A stretch of 63,259 nt of DNA, filler included, from Octopus bimaculoides (lineage: Eukaryota), in NCBI RefSeq assembly GCF_001194135.2. It is 6 parts of 6 records of this genome, joined end to end, with 100 filler letters (N's around TTAATTAATTAA, not from the genome) between each part and the next. Parts side by side here need not be neighbours in the genome. Positions count along the whole stretch, not along the records: positions 1 to 12,755 come from NC_068982.1; positions 12,856 to 19,629 come from NC_068991.1; 4 more parts are not named here. One strand, written 5' to 3'. The notes under the pieces were generated by a model, which was not told the DNA's origin, did not search any database, and saw only the letters and a list, made by a program, of their open reading frames with translations. The first letter of the stretch is position 1; every line of letters begins with the position of its first letter. Below are positions 1-13,507 of the stretch, in pieces. The translations under genes were made by a program, and so were the position numbers.

Positions 1-975
<975 letters not shown>

Positions 976-1649
976 CACACATACATACAGCAACACACTT
1001 TCTCTAACAATAAAAGCGAAACTACAGCGTTATGAAAAGTGAAACTATTATACTGCTGAAAAAAAATCGGAAGGGTCGTATAGGGTTAGGGGCTACAGCC
1101 CCCTATATGGGCATGGGCCAAAAGTTTTTCCCCCACTACAACTTTCTACGAGTAATGAAAAACCTTCATACAAAATTTGGTAGTATACCGCTGAAAAAAA
1201 AAAAAAACGGAAGGGCTAAACAAAGCTATTTCATTCCACACGGGTTGAAATAGAGGAAAAATAGAAGTTGAACATTCACTGAAGTTTTAACCGGTTTCAC
1301 AGTCAACACTGATTTTCAAAAACTTCAAATAGAAAGACGTGGTTTATGTCGCAGGTGACTTGATTGTGACTAGTGTTTGAACTTTGCCCTGTTTTTATAG
1401 GGAGTTCATGGTTTCGAATTAGTATATGGTTTGAATAGGATTTGATTGAAAGAGGATAGTCACATGACTGGTCTTAGAAATTTTTGTAGGTTCTCCGCTA
1501 CGTCCGTGCGTTAGTATCAAGTGACAATGTTTGGCGTCGTAAGTTAAGGCTGACACAGTTGACTGAACAAGTCCAAACAATCAATGCTCTGAATGTTTTC
1601 TGTCAAATGTTTGTAGAAAATGAACACGTGATTAAGTTTATAACCTTTT

Positions 1650-2005
1650 GTTTGTTCCCCGCTTCAACTTGTACTTATTTCTCGATCCATAAAGGAGAAG
1701 TCGACCTCGGTGGAATTTGAACTCAGAACGTAAGGACGGACGAAATGCCGCCAAGCATTTTGCCGGCGTGCTAACAATTATGTAGGAGTTTATGTCAAAA
1801 ATTGGAAGAAATTTTGATAGTTTCTAATTTAGACACAATGCCAGCAATTTTGATGTTGGTGAAAGATTCGATATTGTCGATCTCAGTAATTAACTGGTAC
1901 TTTATTTGATTGATTACAGAAGAATGAAAGTGAAAGTAAATTCTGAGCAGGATTTGAACTCAGAATATAAACATCTGTAACAAATTTAACAATACTGCGA
2001 GGCAT
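1650..2005 (-). mobile_element. Two SINE family B copies (degenerate)
   Basis: Reverse complement of the family B core GAGTTCAAATTCC-CCGAGGTCGAC...TTTCATCC, as seen at 3394-3603. Confidence 0.75.
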
Positions 2006-2074
2006 TTTATCCGATAATGTGGCTGTTCTGCTCACGTCTTACTATCTCAATCTCTCTCCCTGTATACGTACATG

Positions 2075-2169
<95 letters not shown>

Positions 2170-2644
2170 GCAAATAGATATAGATATATAGTCATATTGA
2201 AGGAAGTTAAGGGATAGAGTTGATGGCTAGGGAATGCCTACATAGCAATGTATGAGTAAGGGCAGTTGTAATAATGTTGTTAATAATGTTGTTGGTGGCG
2301 ATGTGGATATAATCAACCAATGCCAGGTAATACATCACTCTCCTCTATCTCTTCCGTACATTTCTTTTTCTCTCTTTTTCTTTTATGTCTCTCTGTCTTT
2401 CTCCTTCACACACACACTCTATCTCACTTTCTCTCGATATATTTATATATACACGCATACACACAAGTGCACACATACATTTATATATACTCTTACGCAG
2501 ACACACTCACTTGCATACGTACAACATATTTACACATACGTACGAAGTTAGACAAACGTCCAGACATACATACACGTAAGTCATTTTGTGTGTGTGTGTT
2601 TTTCACACACACACACACATACATATATATATAGATAGATAGAT

Positions 2645-2727
<83 letters not shown>

Positions 2728-3393
2728 CATACATACGTATGAATGTATGTATGTATACTTCCCTGCAGATGCATGCACACATAAAAATATGTCTACTTAG
2801 ATATCTGTGCGCATGCGCGCGAATGTGTGGGTGTGTGTGCGCGCGAGTGTGTGCGTGCGTGTGTACCTATGTACGCATACATAAATTATATCTGTTGAGA
2901 TATTATGTTTATCATAGCAGCGCTGTCGTCAGTTGAACCCATCATCCACTTCACAGAAGCAGCCGACACGTTATGACAGAAGTGTACTTAATGAACCCGC
3001 GCTATGATGGCGGCCATATTGTGTATGCTACGGTAACAAGTCGTCTCTGATGTTTTATGCTTTGCTTTTCTGAAAACATATATGTCTAGTTTTCTTATTC
3101 ATATTTTTAGTTTAGTTTATTTTGGTTTTGTGGGCAATGTGCAAAGGAAATGTAAGTTATTAAGAGTAATAAGAATTTTTTGTTTGTTTTTCTTTTTTTG
3201 TTAACTTGGCATGAAACCAATTTTTGTTTGCATTAACAGACAGTATTGTTAATTACATCAAAAGCTAATATATTACTGGTATTAGTGCCTTGTAATAGCA
3301 GAAACGACAGAAGGGTGAATGATAAATATTACAATGATTAATGAATTCATAACCTTTAAATTCGTGCGCTCTAAGGAGATGTGAGTTAAATGC

Positions 3394-3603
3394 GGCGAGC
3401 TGGCAGAAACGTTAGCACCGCCGGGCGAAATGCTTGGCGGTATTTCGTCTGTCTTTACGTTCTGAGTTTAAATTCCGCCGAGGTCGACTTTGCCTTTCAT
3501 CTTTTCGGGGTCGATAAATTAAGTATCAGTTGCGTACATGGGTCATCTACTCGACTGGCCCCTCCCCAGAAATTTCGGACCTTGTGCCTAGAATAGAAAA
3601 GGA
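3394..3603 (+). mobile_element. SINE family B
   Basis: GAGCTGGCAGAAACGTTAGCAC...GAGTTTAAATTCCGCCGAGGTCGACTTTGCCTTTCATC...GGGGTCGATAAATTAAGTA; more than 10 copies in the window. Confidence 0.85.
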
Positions 3604-3627
3604 AATGTGAGTTATGTCCGTTTCGGA

Positions 3628-3895
3628 TGAAGGTGCATGGCTTAGTGGTTAGGTTATTCGGCTGACGATCGTAAAATCGTAATTTCGATATCCGGCAGCG
3701 CGCTGTGCCCATGAGCATGAAACATTATTTCTCGTGCTCCAGTCCAGTCCAGTCCAGTCCACTAGCAAAAATGAATAGTACCTGTATTTCAATCTCCCTA
3801 AGAACTATGTTTAAAGGTACGCATGTCTATGGAGTGCTCAGCCACTTGTACGTTAATTTTACGAGCAGACTTTTCTGTTGTTTGGATCTAGGTGC
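3628..3895 (+). mobile_element. SINE family D (tRNA-derived head)
   Basis: A-box TGGCTTAGTGG and B-box-like TTCGATATCC; body matches 34365-35112 and 54548-54772. Confidence 0.8.
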
Positions 3896-4750
3896 CAGTA
3901 ATTTATTTATTTATACTTTACGAATTTATTTATACTTTCGCTAACCGCTTATGCATTTGCCGATTCAAATCATCCCACAATATTTTTCTTCTATTTTTGT
4001 TTTCTTTTCTCATCCAGTAATTTGTTTCGTCGTCTACATTCTGGGTCAATGTAACTACATGCGTATTGATAGAGATTTTTTTCCCTCCGACTTTCTTTTC
4101 TCTTGGTCTTTCCTCTGTCTCCTGTTTCTGAAAAAGAGCTTTGCTCGAAACGTAAAATACCCTTTCTTTCCCTGAGCATCATATTAATACTTTGCATGTA
4201 CCCTGTCCACGCGTCGATGTTTTTTCCTGAGTTTTTTCTTCGTTCTTTTTTTTNNNNNNNNNNNNNNNNNNNNNNNNNNNNNNNNNNNNNNNNNNNNNNN
4301 NNNNNNNNNNNNNNNNNNNNNNNNNNNNNNNNNNNNNNNNNNNNNNNNNNNNNNNNNNNNNNNNNNNNNNNNNNNNNNNNNNNNNNNNNNNNNNNNNNNN
4401 NNNNNNNNNNNNNNNNNNNNNNNNNNNNNNNNNNNNNNNNNNNNNNNNNNNNNNNNNNNNNNNNNNNNNNNNNNNNNNNNNNNNNNNNNNNNNNNNNNNN
4501 NNNNNNNNNNNNNNNNNNNNNNNNNNNNNNNNNNNNNNNNNNNNNNNNNNNNNNNNNNNNNNNNNNNNNNNNNNNNNNNNNNNNNNNNNNNNNNNNNNNN
4601 NNNNNNNNNNNNNNNNNNNNNNNNNNNNNNNNNNNNNNNNNNNNNNNNNNNNNNNNNNNNNNNNNNNNNNNNNNNNNNNNNNNNNNNNNNNNNNNNNNNN
4701 NNNNNNNNNNNNNNNNNNNNNNNNNNNNNNNNNNNNNNNNNNNNNNNNNN

Positions 4751-4784
<34 letters not shown>

Positions 4785-5185
4785 TTTAAATGAGGAAAGG
4801 AAAAGTGAAATTGAGTTACGTTTGTTCCTGTAAAAGGACAATATTTCTATTCCATATCTCATATAATGTTATGAAAGTCGTAAAATGTTATATAATCCAT
4901 GTCATAATATATGGAAATATGTTCGGTCTATTTACATATTATGAGCTGACACGCCCAGATGAACTCATCCTAAAACATTCTTTTGAACATGGTGCCATCA
5001 AATCATGACATTTCAGGAACCAAATTGGCTAAAGAATTATCACGTATTTCCATATATTATGATATGGATTATATAACATAATATGAGATACAGAACAAAA
5101 ATATTGTCCGTTAACGGAAACCATCGTAATGTCAATTTGACTTCTTACATCATTTAAATTATTACTAATATTATTCATTCTGCAG

Positions 5186-5316
5186 GTTTAGTTTTGAACT
5201 TACTGTATCTTACTGTGAAATTGTGTAGTGCTTCCATTTACACCAGTCGAAGTTTTAAAGATCTTTTGATTTTTGATTACTACGCTAGCCAGGACTGGAT
5301 ATAATGTGCTAACGAG
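5186..5316 (+). other. Candidate spliced exon, coding status unknown
   Basis: Acceptor ATTCATTCTGCAG|G and donor GAG|GTAATA; stops occur in all three frames, the longest open frame being 39 codons. Confidence 0.3.
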
Positions 5317-5413
5317 GTAATATCCAAGATTATATTATCTTTCTATCGATCGATCGATTGATCTATCCATCCATCCATCCATCCATCCATCCATCCATCC
5401 ATCCATCCATCCA

Positions 5414-5452
<39 letters not shown>

Positions 5453-6138
5453 NNNNNNNNNNNNNNNNNNNNNNNNNNNNNNNNNNNNNNNNNNNNNNNN
5501 NNNNNNNNNNNNNNNNNNNNNNNNNNNNNNNNNNNNNNNNNNNNNNNNNNNNNNNNNNNNNNNNNNNNNNNNNNNNNNNNNNNNNNNNNNNNNNNNNNNN
5601 NNNNNNNNNNNNNNNNNNNNNNNNNNNNNNNNNNNNNNNNNNNNNNNNNNNNNNNNNNNNNNNNNNNNNNNNNNNNNNNNNNNNNNNNNNNNNNNNNNNN
5701 NNNNNNNNNNNNNNNNNNNNNNNNNNNNNNNNNNNNNNNNNNNNNNNNNNNNNNNNNNNNNNNNNNNNNNNNNNNNNNNNNNNNNNNNNNNNNNNNNNNN
5801 NNNNNNNNNNNNNNNNNNNNNNNNNNNNNNNNNNNNNNNNNNACGATAAATACACCATGAAATCAATTGATATTAGGGATGTAAACTACCTTCAAATTCC
5901 ATTCTGAAGGTAGGCCTATTTTTAAAAATATTCATTGCATTGCTCGTGTGTGTATTTATCGTAGTATTGGTGGTTTTTGAAGCTTTCGCTTTCATCTTTG
6001 GCAAGCGTATTTTTACCCTTCTTTTATTCAAACATTTCATATACCTGTTTAGGTAGAAGTCTTGCTAGCCACCTCATTATTACTGTTAATATATATATAT
6101 ATTAAGACGTAAAATGAAAACAGAACACAAAGGATTCC

Positions 6139-6237
6139 GCGGTACACGTGTTTCAAGCTTTATTCACAAACAGTCGTTGCGTCATTATATGAGTATATAA
6201 TTGATAGAAAGGACGGTTTAAAGCTATCTTCAGCCGC
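6139..6237 (-). ncRNA. Minimal type-I hammerhead ribozyme (Penelope-type)
   Basis: Minus strand GCGG-CUGAAGA-UAGCUUUA...UAAAGCUU-GAAAC-ACGU-GUA-CCGC. Stem I GCGG/CCGC, 7-bp stem II, palindromic loop III, U.U mismatch at 10.1/11.1. Confidence 0.75.
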
Positions 6238-6454
6238 AAACATTTTCAGTCCCAAGATTACATCACAAAGAAAAAACAAATAGACAGAGAAAAAGGAAAA
6301 GTCCACTTAGTATTATCTATTGTAATATGCTTGTCCTTTAAATTGTTATATCTACATAAAAGTTCCTTGGTATTCAAAAATCTGTCCATATTGTACCACA
6401 ATTCACCCTATGCATGCCTCACTAAAATATTACCATATCTCAACAATATATTAC

Positions 6455-6498
6455 CATGCCCCACCGGTGGGGCATGTGGCCCACGTTGGGAATCACGG
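6455..6498 (-). mobile_element. Probable hAT-type MITE terminus with 22-bp perfect palindrome
   Basis: CATGCCCCACCGGTGGGGCATG palindrome (6455-6476). The minus strand starts CCGTGATTCCCAAC, similar to CAGTGxTTCCCAA Charlie-like TIRs. Partner end not found. Confidence 0.45.
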
Positions 6499-7380
6499 AT
6501 ATATATATAGAGAGAGAGAGAGGTGCAGATGTGCATAATAGAGTGGTTTAGTTTAATATAAGCTGTGTGCTCTTCATAATGTTTGAAACGTTTCCTACTT
6601 GTTCATGATTCAGTCAGTAAGTGCATAGATTTTCCATTCTAAATGGAAGGAAGAGGAAGAAAAAAAAAACCTCCAAGAAACAATATTATGACTGTTTACT
6701 AATCAAAACAAATAAACAAATCGAGAAACCCAATCGCGTATTTCTTTGAAAAATTCCAAGACTAATTGCAAAATTTCAGAACAATAAAAAAATAATGAAT
6801 TGCCCAACTTACTTAGCTACTGATCGTTTATCCACCCAATTCAAGATCTTCTTTTATACCGGAATTATCTAACACATTATCACTTGAGTAGAAATGATGC
6901 AAATATTAACAACAGCAGCAGCAACAACAACAACAATAATAATAATATTAATAATAACTTTTGTTGTGAAATTAGTTCTTGATTATTATGAGATAAATCG
7001 TCTCTACGAGAAGTTACTGTTTGGCTCACAAGGTAGCACTGATCAATTATATCTTCAATAATTGTTTGTTCTGGCATTTTTGTTTGTTTTTCAGACAACG
7101 ATTCAAGAACACATCGTTTAATATGCACTTTATTGTTGTCGTTGTTGTTGCTGTTGTTGTTGAGCCTTCGATGAGTTTTGATCGAATCGACCTATCATTG
7201 ATATTCCAGCTAAAATCATCCCTTTTAGTATCCAGATAAAAGGTATCTAGCATTTTATATTTAAACGTGTCCCTATCGTATCTAGTAAGTTAAGATATCA
7301 CATAGTGCAAGGTAAAGTAGATTGCATTTGTTTCTTATCGAACGTATAACTTTTTCTGTGAATGAAGTTCAGACAGTATA

Positions 7381-7794
7381 TAGGCGTAGGAGTGGCTGTG
7401 TGGTAAGTAGCTTGCACACAAACCACATGGTTCCGGGTTCAGTCCCACTGCGTGGCACCTTGGGCAGGTGTCTTCTACTATAGCCTTGGGCCGACCAAAG
7501 CCTTGTGAGAGGATTTGGTAGGCGGAAACTGAAAGAAGCCTGTCGTATATATGTAAGTATATATATGTATGTGTCTGTATATGTTTGTGTGTCTGTGTTT
7601 GCTCCCCACCAACATTGCTTGACAACCGATGGTGGTGTGTTTACGTCCCCGTAAATTAACGGTTCGGCAAAAGAGACCGATAGAATAAGTACTAGGCTTA
7701 CAAAAATAAGTCCTGGGGTCAATTTGCTCGACTAAAGGCGGTGCTCCAGCACGGCCACAGTCAAATCACTGAAACAAGTAAAAGAGTAAAAGAG
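7381..7794 (+). mobile_element. SINE family A, full length
   Basis: tRNA-like head AGGAGTGGCTGTGTGG...GGGTTCAGTCCC, internal (TA/TG)n, tail GAAACAAGTAAAAGAG; more than 12 copies in the window. Confidence 0.9.
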
Positions 7795-7858
7795 TATGGA
7801 TATGTGTTTGACTCTGTGTGTGTCTTTGTGTGTTCGTATGCATGTCTTTAGGATACAG

Positions 7859-8165
7859 TTAACTTCTTTTTCTTTGTAGAACTTGCGATTTCGATTTTCT
7901 GCTTGGATAACAGTAAATATTTTTTCTCCACGAAGTTTGTTCGTTCATGCTGCTGTTTGACGCTGAGTAGCTGTAATATTTTAGTTCCCGATCACTGTCC
8001 ATATTTTTCAAGTTGCCAATCGAGGGATCTTCTGCAGCCTTGTTATCATTCAGAGGTTTTTGTTCATTTCGAAGAACCACTGAAATTTCTCTTAGTAGTT
8101 TCGCGACCTTTGACAGCTGTCCCCAAACTCCGGTCCAGCGATGGCATATATATATAGTAATAATC
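7859..8165 (-). CDS. Candidate terminal exon of an unknown single-pass membrane protein
   Basis: About 100 open codons (IITIYICHRWTGVWGQLSK...QRKRS*), in frame with the 8236-8399 exon across a 70-nt GT..AG intron; acceptor is weak. Confidence 0.4.
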
Positions 8166-8235
8166 CTACGTGTTGAGTTTCAATAAATTTTCACCTTTTC
8201 CGTATTTATCAGAAGATAACTATTTCTCTTATTAC

Positions 8236-8399
8236 CAGGCGAGTATCAAAGTTCCAGAGGATAGTACTGTTCGGAGAAAGTCTTCCAATGTCGATGTAGC
8301 TGACTTCAACGCCATTTTGTATACGTGCATGTATGTGCGTATCACTTTTGATTTGATAGGGAATATTTCTTTAGGTTGCAGTAACCCGTCTACTTTCTC
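8236..8399 (-). CDS. Candidate internal coding exon
   Basis: Acceptor CTTTTCCTTACAG|G, donor TG|GTAATA, fully open 164 nt: EKVDGLLQPKEIFPIKSKVIRTYMHVYKMALKSATSTLEDFLRTVLSSGTLILA. Confidence 0.55.
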
Positions 8400-8652
8400 C
8401 TGTAAGGAAAAGCTACCAACAATAGATCAATGTGCTGTCCAGAGAAAATATTTATCTCTCATCCATTTTATGCAATAAAAACTGAGAATAAGAACAATGA
8501 TTAGCTTTTCCACATTGTTTCTGAGTGTGGTGCTTTTTTCTTGGTGATCATACCCATTGCAGATATTGCAGATACGGGCGAAATACCGCTAAGTATTTCG
8601 TCCAGCGCGCTAACGGTTCTGGCAGCTCGCTGCCTGGATAATAATAATAATG

Positions 8653-8717
<65 letters not shown>

Positions 8718-8719
8718 CC

Positions 8720-9130
8720 TTTCTGCTTAAGGCACAAGGCCAGAAATGTGGGGAAGGGGGGGTAGTCGATTGAATCGTCCCCAATACTCAACTGGTACTT
8801 AATTCATCGACCCCGGAAGGATGAAAGCAAAATCAACCCCAGCAGAATTTGAACTCCGAATGTAAAGATGGACGAAATACCGATAGCATTTCGCCCGGCG
8901 TGCTAACGTTTCTGCCTTAGTATTATTAATATCGGTTTGTAAAGACCGGTAGATTAATAGAATTGTCGGATATACGATATTCAGTTACCATAATTTACCT
9001 CCTGAGTTCGAATTCTGTAAAGTTAAGTTTGCCTTTTATTATTCCGGTGTTGATGAATTAACGATAGCGACAAAATGTATGGTCGACGTTATCGAATATA
9101 CCAGGCTCGCCAAAATTAGCAGCCATGTTA
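8720..9130. mobile_element. Head-to-head inverted pair of SINE B copies
   Basis: Minus copy ~8720-8915 and more diverged plus copy ~8940-9130. Confidence 0.7.
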
Positions 9131-10204
9131 GAAATCAAAAGCATTGATTCGTATTATCGCAAACCACATAGTAAAAACATAAGAATGTGGGCTAATATTA
9201 ATTAACGTGACCATTATACCACACATGACCTCTAACTGTATAAGAATTTTTAGCATAGGTACAAGGCAATAGTTTTGTAGGAAAGAACACTCGCTTATAT
9301 TGGTCCCAGCACTAGACGGAAAAGGTGAAGTTGGAGCTTGGCGGGATTTGAACTCAGAAACTAAAGGGACCTAACTGTACATTGCAAAGTATTTTGGACG
9401 CCATTCTAGCTATTTACGCGGTGAAATTAAGATATAACTTTGTATATCAGTGTTATCTGAGAACATATCGAGGAAACATTCGTTCAAAATATTCATATGG
9501 CATATCGAGAGAAATGAATGGAGAGACATGAATAGGGGAATATGGTGAAATTCAGACGACCGAAAATGTATCTAGAACATTCTGAATGAATGAAAATTAG
9601 ATAAAATATAAAATAAATAAAAACAGTAAAATAAAACTAAAGCATAACTGGCTTATGATCATCAATATAGAACATGAGGAGACCGGCTCAACCCATGTGT
9701 GTGAGTGTTTGTATATATATATATATATATATCGAGAGCAATATCACAATATATTTCAAAATTATATCTCATTCCCCCCATCGTGTTCGAGGTTAACTAC
9801 CGGAAACACCCAGCATCGTTTCCGGTTATTTGGATAAAGTAAACAAATTACTATGAAACATATACTCGCGCGCACACATGCACACACACACACACATTTG
9901 CATACGTTAGACAAGCAAACATAGGCAGCCTTATTCACATGGGGAGTTGGTTTTATTTTTCTTCGCGAAAATTTCTTCACACAAACATTAAGTTTTTCAA
10001 CTTCCAGAAACACAAAATACACAGAAGCGAGCAAACATGCATGCACTAACTAAATGTTTACTGCCACAAATATATACAAAGGTAAAAACAAATAACCTAG
10101 AAGTGACACATTATAACTAACTGCTTGGGACAAAAATAGACCTGAAAATATGCGCCAAGGATTTTTCCCTCTACTAATAGACAAATCACAGATTAATGAT
10201 TTCT

Positions 10205-10380
10205 CTATTAGGTACGATGCCTGAAATTTTGAAAGGAGGGTCTACGTGGATATCATTGAGTCCACTACTTTGCTGGTACTTTATTTTATCGGCCCCGAAA
10301 AGATTAAATTCAGGATTGACATTGATGGGATTTGAACTCAGAACATAGACAGCCGGAAGACATTCAGCAAGGCTTTTAAG
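10205..10380 (-). mobile_element. SINE family B (degenerate)
   Basis: GGTACTTTATTTTATCGGCCCCGAAAAG...GGATTTGAACTCAGAAC. Confidence 0.7.
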
Positions 10381-10479
10381 ATTAAAAAATTATAACATCT
10401 CACAACCTTAAATGCATACAAGAATATGACAATGGTAATTTTCATTCACTTCTTGCACAACCTCCTCCCAGATTTATTC

Positions 10480-10790
10480 TTCCGGTGTTTTAAGATAATA
10501 ATAACGACCATCACCTTTTCTGAACAACTCCTGCTATGCATACATCGCTTCCATCAGTGAAGTTTGCGCGACCAGAAAGGAAGCTTTCTCTGTGGTCGAT
10601 CTATTGAGTCCCAGAAGTCGCATCCAAATCTCCCTCAAATCAGATCTTACTGCCTTAAAAGGTAGTCTCGATTGCCCATATATTTGAAAACAAACATGAA
10701 ACTTTCTCAGTTGGAGTGCCTTTTATAATAGGTATTTGCTCAATCAGGGATGACCTAGAGGTTAAACAGCATATGTTCTCTATCGTCTCA
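10480..10790 (+). mobile_element. Interspersed repeat family E (SINE-like)
   Basis: CCAAATCTCCCTCAAATCA motif; related copies near 14520-14720, 27150-27400 and (minus) 28990-29230. Confidence 0.55.
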
Positions 10791-10984
10791 TCTTCTTAAG
10801 GGACAATCTGGTAACATTTAATGATACATACATATAAATGCGTTATCTTTCTAAGACAAACAACTGAACACTTGAGAAACGAATTTCGTATCAGAATCTC
10901 ATGAACACTATGAGATCTCAAACCATAAAACATTCTCTAGGAAGTAATTACACGTACCTTATAAACAGTAGCATATTCGAAAGA

Positions 10985-11195
10985 ATTAGGGATTGGCGGA
11001 ACTCAGTGGTGCGCCACGGAAAATACCTTATTGTATTTATTCCCGTCTTTTACGTGCTGAGTTGGAACCCCGCTGTAGTCAACCTTGCTTTTCATACGCC
11101 ACGAATCGCTAAGGTTTAATACCAGTTTACGCACTGGGCTTGATTTAATCAACTAATCTTCAACAAAATTGCTGGTCTTGTGCCTCAAACAAAAA
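10985..11195 (+). mobile_element. SINE family B (degenerate)
   Basis: TTGGCGGAACTC...TGCTGAGTTGGAACCC...GTCAACCTTGCTTTTCAT. Confidence 0.6.
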
Positions 11196-11837
11196 AATCA
11201 CCAGCTATTTCAGCTTAACAATGCTCTCACTCCTCAGATATACTGATAATAGCAAGCTAAGCCAACGAGAAGCTACACTTGAACATTAGAACTGCTTAAA
11301 ATAAACAGCCAAAGGACTCAGATCACTCAATGACATCTTAGATAAAAGTCTTAGTGTAAAGCTGACAGGATAAGCATAGTAAGAATGATTTTCCACATAG
11401 GTCATCTCAATCTGAGACGTCTTATGATTAAACCATATCAGTAATATATAGGCACAAGATACACGAACGCGCACAAACACTCACACACATGCTAACATAT
11501 TTACACAGGACACAAGTAGTACCGGTATTCGCATACATAAATACTTACGTATGTAAAACCTAAAAATATCTTCTCAGCACAAAGTATTTCGGCACACAGT
11601 CCATCCGGTAGGCTTCCACACCGTTTTCGGTTAATCTATTGCATTCCAAAGGCATGGGTCGACCCAAGTCTACAGTAAAAGATAGTTTTTGCAAGTATAT
11701 AGCAAATACATCGGCAGTACGAGACCATTGCTATCAACTTCATAAGATACTGGAGCAAATAATTAACAATCCATAGAACAGAATTGGTTTCAGTACTCCT
11801 TCAATTCGTAACATTAACCATTGCGTGTGTTTGTATA

Positions 11838-11932
<95 letters not shown>

Positions 11933-12855
11933 GTGTGTGAGAGAATTTGCTTATGGTGGTAAATGTGTATGTGATTCTATAATTTATATCTTATAACTAA
12001 CTCTCAGAGAGATATTGTGTAACCATTTATCAAAATCCGAGCATGTAACCCATCAAGAAGACTACATATGTATATATATATACATACATACATACATACA
12101 TACATACATACATACATACATACACGCAAGTATATGTGTGTATATATGTGTCTGCACGTACGTGTGTGTACAACGTATATACACACTCTCTCCCCTTCTC
12201 TCTTACATATCCGTTTATTGCGTACTTACGTACTATATGTGTCTGTATGTGCTTCTATGTGTTGAGCGTGGCTACATGCGTTCATGTGGAGTTTATGGTT
12301 TATGTTTATGAATACGAACGAATAAGTGTTCGTGCGAAATTACTTCGGTGGTGAAGTCAAAGGAAATTTTTAGTAGATTAAATTAAAGATGACATTTTGC
12401 TTTGCCAGTTTGCAACGGAGTAAAGGAGAGACGCCATGTTACGATGTTATCAGGCGTCCAGACTATAATCTGATAGGGTCATTAAGATATATCAGTGATT
12501 TCTATGATATCTCTTCTTTATAGAGCTTGCCAGTTAAGTACGATACATGGATTCATGTATAATATTGCGTCTGTAGGCACACATATATAAAAATACACAC
12601 ATGTACAAAAATATACGTGCATGTGTGTTTTTGTATACATCTGTACACACGCACGCACACACACTGATATGCACACACACATATATGTATATGTATATCT
12701 ACCTATCTATATATATATGTATATACAAATGCATATATATATATATATATATATANNNNNNNNNNNNNNNNNNNNNNNNNNNNNNNNNNNNNNNNNNNNT
12801 TAATTAATTAANNNNNNNNNNNNNNNNNNNNNNNNNNNNNNNNNNNNNNNNNNNN

Positions 12856-13055
12856 TTCCCTGGAAAGTTCCGATGATTTTCCGGGGATTCCCTGCAAAGT
12901 TCCGAGGATTTCATGGGAAGTTCCGAGGATTTCATGGGACGTTTCGAGGATTTAAGATCAACTACGTGGAAAATTCTGGGGATTCCCTGGAAAGTTCCGA
13001 TGATTTTCCGGGGATTCCCTGGAAAGTTCCGAGGAATTCATGGGAAGTTCCGAGT
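12856..13055. repeat. GC-rich minisatellite (32- and 21-bp periods built from ~10-bp GGRRWNTTCC units)
   Basis: TCCCTGGAAAGTTCCGATGATTTTCCGGGGAT is repeated; GGGAAGTTCCGAGGATTTCAT forms the 21-bp period. Confidence 0.9.
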
Positions 13056-13384
13056 TATGCACATACTTGTAAGTATATATGCATATGGAGAGAAATATGA
13101 AGATTTGAAATTTCCTAACTCGATAGCTGTTTCTGGTAGCTTAAATTTCAGTAATAATCGTAATAGTTATAACTTGCAGAAGAAATATGCAAAAACGTTA
13201 TGAACAATCAACTGGAAACCAGTCACATGGAGGTATTCCAATAAGTACGGATTCTATCATCAAGAGAAAATTGGCGAATGTGGTTCATATAATTTTGCTA
13301 GATGGAATGAAGAGAGGACGAAAGAGACGACGAAGAACAAGATTGAATCTTTGATTTTCATTTCTTCTTAATTGTTATGCGCCT

Positions 13385-13507
13385 TTTTAAAGCCTAGCCA
13401 GGCTCATGGGCCCGGTTTCCCGGTTTCTATGGCGTATGTGTTCTCCCCAGCTGGACGAGATGCCAGTCCATCACAGCGTTACTTAAGAAACAGGAAGAAA
13501 GAGTGAG
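13385..13507 (-). mobile_element. SINE family F tail
   Basis: GGTTTCTATGGCGTAT...CTGGACG shared with 16815-17047. Confidence 0.6.

Noticed and set aside
3004-3032. MMAAILCMLR as a first coding exon
   Set aside because: The donor is plausible, but the next candidate exons (3240, 5186, 8239) give stops in the required phase; coding status unsupported.
5005-5135. GAAAC-CAUC-GUA-AUGUC with upstream GACAU-UUCAGGA as a hammerhead
   Set aside because: Two core mismatches, no stem II pairing, loop III not palindromic.
8170-8478. Plus-strand 102-aa ORF with apparent acceptor at 8238
   Set aside because: Overlaps antisense to the better-supported minus exon (stronger acceptor and donor, phase-compatible neighbour); kept only as an alternative.
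12800-12811. TTAATTAATTAA isolated between N runs (also 19674, 41015, 57012, 60438)
   Set aside because: Identical 12-mer with stops in all six frames, always flanked by Ns: an assembly/scaffolding linker, not biology.
12856-13055. CRISPR-like appearance of ~32-bp repeats
   Set aside because: No unique spacers, no cas genes, eukaryotic context; simple minisatellite.
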